A program made the translations under genes and the position numbers. From Bacteroidales bacterium UBA4070 (lineage in GTDB: Bacteria > Bacteroidota > Bacteroidia > Bacteroidales > VadinHA17), in contig DFYY01000012.1 of assembly GCA_002383485.1 (NCBI GenBank), forward strand, positions 37,717 to 101,716: a DNA stretch of 64,000 nucleotides. The letters run 5' to 3'. The notes beneath the pieces were generated by a model. It worked only from the letters and a program-made list of their open reading frames with translations, was not told the DNA's origin and made no database searches. This document shows, piece by piece, positions 57,979-64,000 of this stretch. Position 1 is the stretch's first letter, and each line of letters starts with the position of its first letter.

Positions 57979-60003
57979 ATGAAAGAGCATATAACCGTCT
58001 GTCCGCGAAACTGTTACAGTACATGCACATTCAGGGTTTTTACTGAAGAGGGCAGGGTGAAGCGCATTTTGCCATACGAGGGGAACCTGGCCACTCCTGA
58101 GGGACCGTGCATCAAGGGACTGGCTTACCTCGAGCGCGAATACTCTCCTGACAGGATAATTTATCCTCTTAAGAGACAGGCTGACGGCTCTTTTGTCCGC
58201 ATTGGTGTGAACGAGGCGCTGAGCATCATCGCTGAAAGGCTGACCACAGCGAGGGAGAGGAGAGGCCCTCATTCGGTGCTTTTCTATAAGGGCAGCGGAT
58301 ATTCAGGACTAAGCAATGATATTGCGGGCAGCTTCTGGAAGCTCTTCGGCGGCGCCACCACGACCTACGGCAACCTGTGCTGGCCTGCTGGTCTCGAGGC
58401 TGTAAGGCTGACCCTGGGTGAGGTGAAGCACAACCTGCCCTGGGACATTGCCAATGCCACACTGATCATTCTCTGGGGCAAGAACTCCGCCGAGACCAAC
58501 GTGCAGGAGATGATCCACATTGAAAAGGCGAGGCAGAAAGGTGCAAGGGTAGTTGTCATTGACCCTCGCCGGACACTAACGGCTGACAAAGCAGACCTGC
58601 TCATCAGGCCCAGACCAGGCACCGACGCTGCCCTGGCCCTGGCAATGGCCCGTGTGATAATTGACCGCGGACTGGCCGATACGGAGTTCATAAACAGGCA
58701 TGTCAATGGTTTTGACGAGTTTGCCTCATCACTTGAGATGACTCCTGATAAAGCTCAGGAGATCACCGGAATACCTGCAAGTGAAATTATCAAACTTGCT
58801 GTGATGGCAGCAGGCGCCGAACGGCTCACCGTCATTGCCGGTTACGGTCTTCAGCGCTACACCAACGGCGGGCAGACAATCAGGTCGATCCTCTCCATCC
58901 CGGTTATTACCGGCATGATTGGCAAAAGCGGTTGCGGGTTCACCTTTGCCAACCTGCAGAGTTACATACTTGACGATGTAAAGGAGCCTCTGAGCTATTA
59001 TCCTGATCCTGTATCCGACAAACCTTTCCGGCGTGCCATCTCTATGGCAACCTTCGGGCCGGACTTTTTTGCGCTGAAGGAACCTGCAATTGAAGTAGCC
59101 TGGATAGAGAGGGGCAACCCGGTTGTACAGCTTCCGGGAAGCAGCGAGGTAAGAAAGGCCCTGGATTCGGTGCTATTTAAAGTTGTCGTTGAGCAGTTCA
59201 TGACTGACACTGCCGCGTTGGCTGACATCATTCTTCCGGCAAAGGGGATCTTTGAGCAGGCTGACGTGGTGGGATCCTACTGGAATCCATATGCCCAGTA
59301 CAAGCCGAGAGTCGCTGATCCACCAGGGGAGGTGCTCCCCGAGAGTGAGATTTACTGGCGACTGGCGCAGATAATAGGCCTTGACGGCCGTGCCGCCGGC
59401 ATCCCGGCTCCGGAGGATTATGACGCATGGCTCACAGAGCGTATCAGCCACACGCCGGGCTTTGTACGTGAGGAACTTATGCAGAAGCCGGTCATTCCTG
59501 ACCAGAACGAGCACCCGGCATACGGAAACATGAAATTTGAGACACCTTCCGGCAGGATAGAACTGAGATCTGACTGGGCCGTGAATCTCTGGGGCGTAAA
59601 CCCTCTTCCAACATATGAGCCACTGAAGGATTTTGGTGAGGAACATCTGCCGCTGAGGCTCATGACTCCGAATATTGCCTCACGGATTCATTCACAGTTC
59701 GGTAACCTGCAGGTTATCAGAAGTGTGGTTGAAGAGCCGGCATGGGAGATATCCGTTGCCGATGCCCGTAGCAGGGGACTGAGGAGCGGTGATATGATCA
59801 GGGTCTTCAACTCCCGGGGCGAGGTCAGGGGAAAGATAAGCGTTTCCGCCCGGGTCAGAAGCGGCAGCCTGGTCTTTCCCAACGGTATCTGGCTTGGTGA
59901 AGGAGGAGGCGTGAACAGGTTAATAGTCCCCTCAGAGACAGATATGGGTCACGGGGCCGCCTTTCACAATACCAGGGTTGATATAGAAAAGCTTGTGCCA
60001 TGA
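57979..60003 (+). CDS. molybdopterin (bis-MGD) oxidoreductase catalytic subunit, no Tat signal
   Basis: 674 aa. N-terminal FeS motif CPRNCYSTC...GPCIKG immediately after Met, with no twin-arginine leader. Typical MopB segments are LWGKNSAETN and VVVIDPRRT, with a C-terminal beta-barrel domain (GDMIRVFNSRGEV). Confidence 0.8.
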   Translation: MKEHITVCPRNCYSTCTFRVFTEEGRVKRILPYEGNLATPEGPCIKGLAYLEREYSPDRIIYPLKRQADGSFVRIGVNEALSIIAERLTTARERRGPHSVLFYKGSGYSGLSNDIAGSFWKLFGGATTTYGNLCWPAGLEAVRLTLGEVKHNLPWDIANATLIILWGKNSAETNVQEMIHIEKARQKGARVVVIDPRRTLTADKADLLIRPRPGTDAALALAMARVIIDRGLADTEFINRHVNGFDEFASSLEMTPDKAQEITGIPASEIIKLAVMAAGAERLTVIAGYGLQRYTNGGQTIRSILSIPVITGMIGKSGCGFTFANLQSYILDDVKEPLSYYPDPVSDKPFRRAISMATFGPDFFALKEPAIEVAWIERGNPVVQLPGSSEVRKALDSVLFKVVVEQFMTDTAALADIILPAKGIFEQADVVGSYWNPYAQYKPRVADPPGEVLPESEIYWRLAQIIGLDGRAAGIPAPEDYDAWLTERISHTPGFVREELMQKPVIPDQNEHPAYGNMKFETPSGRIELRSDWAVNLWGVNPLPTYEPLKDFGEEHLPLRLMTPNIASRIHSQFGNLQVIRSVVEEPAWEISVADARSRGLRSGDMIRVFNSRGEVRGKISVSARVRSGSLVFPNGIWLGEGGGVNRLIVPSETDMGHGAAFHNTRVDIEKLVP

Positions 60004-61379
60004 GGAAGGGATTCATATTTGATGCCGCCCTCTGTGTCAGCTGCAAGGCCTGCAGTGCCGCCTGCATTCTCGAGAACGGGCTTCTGCCAGGCACACGCAG
60101 CCTCTTCGCGTGGAACGGTCACGCACTGCCGCTTGTGAATGTAATCAACCTCTCAATGGCCTGCAACCACTGTGCTGATCCTGCCTGTGCCTCGGGCTGT
60201 CCGGCACTTGCTTATACAATTGGTCCAGACGGTATTGTAATCCATCATCCCGACAGGTGTATGGGGTGCGGCTACTGCACCTGGAGATGCCCCTATGATG
60301 CCCCGAAGATCAATAGTGCCACCGGAATCATCGAGAAATGCCATTTCTGTGCCGACAGGACTACGGAAGGTGTCGGACCGGCCTGCGTGACCGCCTGCCC
60401 TACAGGAGCCCTTAAAATGACCGAAACAGAGGATTTTGACGGTATGCTGCCGGCATGGTTCCCTGACACAGGAATAAAGCCCTCCTTTATTATCAGGAAT
60501 TCTGAAACAGAGAGCAAGCCACATACAGTTCCTTCAGACAATGAAACTCATGAATCAGAGGATGAAGAGCTGTATCCAGGCCGGCTCGCCTCAGAAGACG
60601 CTGTCAGATTGAAGAAGGATTGGAGCCTGGTTTTATTCTCGGTTCTGGTCATTGCAGCTGCGGTTATGCTTGTAATAAGCGGGCTATCCGGCCGGCCGGC
60701 TTTGGCCGGATCGGGATTTTCAGGTATGCTGCCACTGCTGCTGACGGCATGCGCAATGGCTGTCTCGGTAGCTCATCTGGGCAGACCCGGCAGATCATAC
60801 AGGGCAGTTCTCAACGTAATCAGATCACCTCTCAGCCGCGAGATAGCCATGGTGATGCTTCTCGGAGCAGTATCGCTCGTAAGCTGGCTGAAGCCCGGCA
60901 TGATCCCGCTGGCCGTCACGGCAGCAATTGCGGTATTGACGGTCATTGCCGTTGACCTTGTCTATTTTGCCGCTGACAGAAGGTTTTCCCTGCGCCTGCA
61001 TACCGGCCAGGCATTTTTTACCGCACTCTATGCCGTCACATGGTTCACTGAGCCCCGGATACTGTTCATCATTTTCTCAATGCTTGTTGCCGTCTTAGTG
61101 GTGATGAGATACGGATCGGCTGACAGGGGTGAACCGCAGCGCACGCTTTACTACATCAGGGCAATGTCCATTCCTCTTGTATTCCTGCTTATCTACCCGG
61201 GAAACCCTCTTACAGACCTGTTTGCAACCGTACTTTTCTTTGCCGGACTTGTGGCTGACCGGCTGCTATTTTACCTCGATTTCAATCCACCGAACATAAA
61301 GGAGACAATTAAGGAACACTTCAATACAGAATATGAAAAAGAGAGAGATAAAAAGCGTGAGGACTCCGGTCTATCGTGA
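60000..61379 (+). CDS. fused 4Fe-4S ferredoxin (DmsB-like) and DmsC-like polytopic membrane anchor
   Basis: 459 aa. Cys clusters CVSCKACSAAC, CNHCADPAC, CMGCGYCTWRC and CHFCADR...CVTAC, then about 8 hydrophobic helices. It overlaps the upstream gene by 4 nt. Confidence 0.75.
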   Translation: MRKGFIFDAALCVSCKACSAACILENGLLPGTRSLFAWNGHALPLVNVINLSMACNHCADPACASGCPALAYTIGPDGIVIHHPDRCMGCGYCTWRCPYDAPKINSATGIIEKCHFCADRTTEGVGPACVTACPTGALKMTETEDFDGMLPAWFPDTGIKPSFIIRNSETESKPHTVPSDNETHESEDEELYPGRLASEDAVRLKKDWSLVLFSVLVIAAAVMLVISGLSGRPALAGSGFSGMLPLLLTACAMAVSVAHLGRPGRSYRAVLNVIRSPLSREIAMVMLLGAVSLVSWLKPGMIPLAVTAAIAVLTVIAVDLVYFAADRRFSLRLHTGQAFFTALYAVTWFTEPRILFIIFSMLVAVLVVMRYGSADRGEPQRTLYYIRAMSIPLVFLLIYPGNPLTDLFATVLFFAGLVADRLLFYLDFNPPNIKETIKEHFNTEYEKERDKKREDSGLS

Positions 61380-62502
61380 CGCCGGATTTGAACTGCCAAC
61401 AGCTGCAACCACCTCCGGCGCCTTCGCCTCGGAGACAGACCACGAGCGTGAACCTGATCTTTATATCTACTCGAGATACCGTAACCCGACGGTTGTGTCA
61501 GCAGAGGAGTCCGTCATGGCCCTGGAGGGGTGTGAGTGGGCCCTTCTTGCACAATCGGGGATGGCGGCCATTGACATAGCCCTTTCGGTATTCCAGGAGG
61601 CCGGCAGGCAGAGCAACTGGCTTTTCTTTTCGGAGATTTACGGAGGGACTCTCTCTTATATCAGCAGTGTACTGCAGAAGAGACGCGGCATGGAGGTCAG
61701 CTTCTACAGGCCTTCCGGCGGGAGGTATGATTACGACCATCTCGAGAGTGCTCTCTCCAACATCAGGCCTGACATACTCTATTTCGAAACAATCTCCAAT
61801 CCCTTGCTGATTGTGGCTGAAGGCCGCAGGGTTATTGAACTGGGGAAGAAATACGGTGCGAAGGTGATAGTTGACAATACCTTTGCCACACCCATGCTCT
61901 GGAAACCCCTGGATGACGGTGCCGATCTTGTGATACACAGTGCAACCAAGTACCTTTCGGGGCACGGCAACCTGACTGCCGGGGTGATATGCGGCAATGA
62001 CAAAGCGCTGATGCAGAGCGCTGTTGAGTACCGCAAGTTTGTGGGACACATGCTCTCCCCCGATGATGCATACCGGCTGCAGACGCAGATGGCATCCTTT
62101 GAGTTACGGTTCAGTCACCAGTGCTCCAACGCTGCCACGGTGGCTGCCAGGCTGGAGTCGTCGGACAGGGTTGCCGCTGTTCTCTATCCTGGGCTTGAGT
62201 CACATGACACCCATTTGGCAGCCACGGAACTGACCAGCGGAAGAGGCTACGGGGCTATGATCACCTTTGATCTGGCAGGGGCGAATGCGGCTGAGAAGCG
62301 AAAGAACCGCGACCGCTTCATTGCAGCTGTCTATCCGGAAATACGGCTGATACCCACTCTGGGCGATAGTCATACAATACTGATGCCTGTCGAGGCTGTC
62401 TGGGGCTCGAAATATCCCGAACCCGGAATGATCAGAATGTCAATCGGTTTCGAAAAACAGGAAGAACTTACTGAGATAATAAAGCGCGGCCTGAAGGGTT
62501 GA
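61333..62502 (+). CDS. Cys/Met-metabolism PLP-dependent enzyme (cystathionine gamma-synthase / gamma-lyase family)
   Basis: 389 aa. YSRYRNPT, DNTFATP and the PLP-lysine motif HSATKYLSGHG. The start is uncertain (ATG 61333 or GTG 61357); either one overlaps the upstream gene. Confidence 0.8.
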   Translation: MKKREIKSVRTPVYRDAGFELPTAATTSGAFASETDHEREPDLYIYSRYRNPTVVSAEESVMALEGCEWALLAQSGMAAIDIALSVFQEAGRQSNWLFFSEIYGGTLSYISSVLQKRRGMEVSFYRPSGGRYDYDHLESALSNIRPDILYFETISNPLLIVAEGRRVIELGKKYGAKVIVDNTFATPMLWKPLDDGADLVIHSATKYLSGHGNLTAGVICGNDKALMQSAVEYRKFVGHMLSPDDAYRLQTQMASFELRFSHQCSNAATVAARLESSDRVAAVLYPGLESHDTHLAATELTSGRGYGAMITFDLAGANAAEKRKNRDRFIAAVYPEIRLIPTLGDSHTILMPVEAVWGSKYPEPGMIRMSIGFEKQEELTEIIKRGLKG

Positions 62503-62570
62503 TCACCGGTATTTTTCTGTGTTTACGGTGGAATAAATTGTTGAAGCCATTACCGGAAAATTACCGCAAT

Positions 62571-63233
62571 TCACCACTCAATCGGCTCAAGTCCCCTTGC
62601 CCTGAGCCACTCGTTGCATTTGCTGAAGTGAGAGCAGCCGAAGAATCCCCGGTGAGCCGAGAGGGGTGAAGGGTGTACTGTCTGAAGCACAAGGTGTCTT
62701 GACGGATCAATGGAGGCACCCTTGTTTTGAGCATAGGCTCCCCACAGCATGAAGACGAGATTCTCACGGTCGCGGTTAATGAGGCTGATGGCGGCATCGG
62801 TGAACCGTTCCCATCCTCTGTTCTGATGAGATAGCGCCTGGTGGGCCCTTACTGTCAGTATGGCGTTTAGCAGGAGTACTCCCTGTCGCGCCCAGCGTTC
62901 CAGGTTGCCCGATTGCGGGACTGGCACACCGAGGTCGCGGTTCAGTTCCTTGAAGATATTCACAAGGCTGGGAGGAAAAACCGTTCCATCGGTTACCGAG
63001 AAGCAAAGCCCGTGAGCCTGTCCGATGTTATGATATGGATCCTGTCCGATGATCACCACCTTAACCCTGTCGAAGGGGCAGAGATCGAACGCGTTGAATA
63101 TCCTGTTGCCGGGAGGGAAGACCTGGTGTGCGCGGTACTCTTCTCGCACAAAATCAGTCAGTGCAATGAAATACTCCTTCCCGAACTCATCCCGGAGCTT
63201 CTCCTTCCATCCTGTCTCAATCTTTACGTCCAT
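62571..63233 (-). CDS. ung: uracil-DNA glycosylase
   Basis: 220 aa. VVIIGQDPYH, GVLLLN and HPSPLSA motifs. Confidence 0.95.
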   Translation of the reverse strand: MDVKIETGWKEKLRDEFGKEYFIALTDFVREEYRAHQVFPPGNRIFNAFDLCPFDRVKVVIIGQDPYHNIGQAHGLCFSVTDGTVFPPSLVNIFKELNRDLGVPVPQSGNLERWARQGVLLLNAILTVRAHQALSHQNRGWERFTDAAISLINRDRENLVFMLWGAYAQNKGASIDPSRHLVLQTVHPSPLSAHRGFFGCSHFSKCNEWLRARGLEPIEW

Positions 63234-63343
63234 ACTTCATACGCCAATATGCTGTTAAATATATTGTTTTTTCACAGACGTGTAATTACTCCTGATGATT
63301 AGATTAAAATTACATTATATTAGGACCTTGAAATTTGACGGAT

Positions 63344-64000
63344 ATGATTGACCTTCGCAGTGATACAGTGACAAAACCATCGGCCGGCATGCTTGAGTTC
63401 ATGATGAAAGCAAGCGTGGGGGATATGATCTTCGGTGAGGATCCGGCAGTCAATGAGCTTGAACAGATGGCAGCAGATATATTTGGCATGGAAGCTGCTC
63501 TCTTCTGTCCCTCCGGGACAATGACCAACCAGATTGCGATAAAGGCGCATACCAGTCCGGGTGATGAGGTCATCTGCAGCAGGATGGCCCATATCTATCA
63601 GTTTGAGGCAGGCGGTGTGGCCTTCAATTCAGGTGCCTCGGTAGCGCTGATTGACTCTGAAGACGGTACATTCACAGCTGAGGATGTAAAACAGCATATA
63701 AACAATCCTGAAGACTGGCATAAGGCATTCACCAGGCTGGTGGAGGTGGAAAACACCGTCAACAGGGGTGCCGGCGCCTGCTGGGATTTGCAGGAGCTGA
63801 AGCGTATACGGGAGTTGTGTGACAACAGGCACCTCGGCTACCATCTTGACGGCGCCAGGCTTTTCAACGCCATGGCAGCAGACGGCAGTAAGCCTGAAGA
63901 CTACGGCGCACTCTTCGATTCTGTTTCAATATGCCTGTCAAAAGGACTGGGTGCACCTGTAGGGTCTGTGCTGATAGGGAAGAAGGAGATCATTAAGAGA
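63344..64000 (+). CDS. ltaE: low-specificity L-threonine aldolase, N-terminal 219 codons (3' end outside the window)
   Basis: Manual translation from ATG 63344 gives MIDLRSDTVTKPS...GEDPAVNELE...CPSGTMTNQIA...SICLSKGLGAPVGS (PLP lysine). It is open to the window end and absent from the track because no stop falls within the window. Confidence 0.85.
   Translation, partial: MIDLRSDTVTKPSAGMLEFMMKASVGDMIFGEDPAVNELEQMAADIFGMEAALFCPSGTMTNQIAIKAHTSPGDEVICSRMAHIYQFEAGGVAFNSGASVALIDSEDGTFTAEDVKQHINNPEDWHKAFTRLVEVENTVNRGAGACWDLQELKRIRELCDNRHLGYHLDGARLFNAMAADGSKPEDYGALFDSVSICLSKGLGAPVGSVLIGKKEIIKR

Noticed and set aside
1-64000. Search for mobile elements, CRISPR arrays, rRNA and other ncRNA genes
   Set aside because: I found no transposase, integrase or recombinase motifs, no regularly spaced repeats and no rRNA-like segments. 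The intergenic regions longer than 100 nt other than those reported (4897-5009, 13229-13411, 45750-45909, 47413-47547, 63234-63343) showed only promoter-like AT-rich sequence or weak hairpins.

Overview
This 64-kb window looks like a chromosomal segment of a Bacteroidota bacterium. Supporting signs are a T9SS C-terminal sorting domain, a complete Bat/aerotolerance operon, GH92, TAnnTTTG-type -7 promoter boxes and many lipoprotein signal peptides. It is densely coding, with about 52 CDS, one tRNA-Arg(TCT) and one cobalamin riboswitch. I saw no CRISPR array, rRNA, transposase or integrase. All product calls come from motif recognition in the supplied translations, because no database search was possible.

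Housekeeping genes include queE, pyrG, yidC, glpK, ung, trkH, a csp gene and ltaE (partial).

Operon-like blocks:
- LacI regulator, transglutaminase-fold lipoprotein and GH92 (19.3-25.1 kb).
- A B12-riboswitch-controlled uptake operon (25.2-33.8 kb): TonB-dependent receptor, beta-propeller lipoprotein, T9SS-secreted S1 protease and BtuFCD-like ABC importer.
- AraC regulator plus two tandem fused aconitase-family (LeuC-LeuD-like) genes (38.5-43.1 kb).
- MoxR, DUF58 and BatA-E (48.8-57.5 kb).
- A signal-less molybdopterin oxidoreductase, a fused FeS/DmsC-like anchor and a Cys/Met-family PLP enzyme (58.0-62.5 kb).

The most interesting region is 5.0-13.0 kb. It contains a 45-aa double-glycine-leader peptide gene on the minus strand (6779-6916), which falls below the 60-aa cutoff of the ORF track. 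Clustered with it are a membrane TPR anti-sigma-like protein, a soluble atypical histidine kinase, a 1011-aa membrane-anchored TPR-CHAT (caspase-like) protease, an ECF-like sigma factor and a C39-peptidase ABC exporter. I propose, as inference only, that this is a peptide-signalling / regulated-proteolysis module not matching any system I know to be described.
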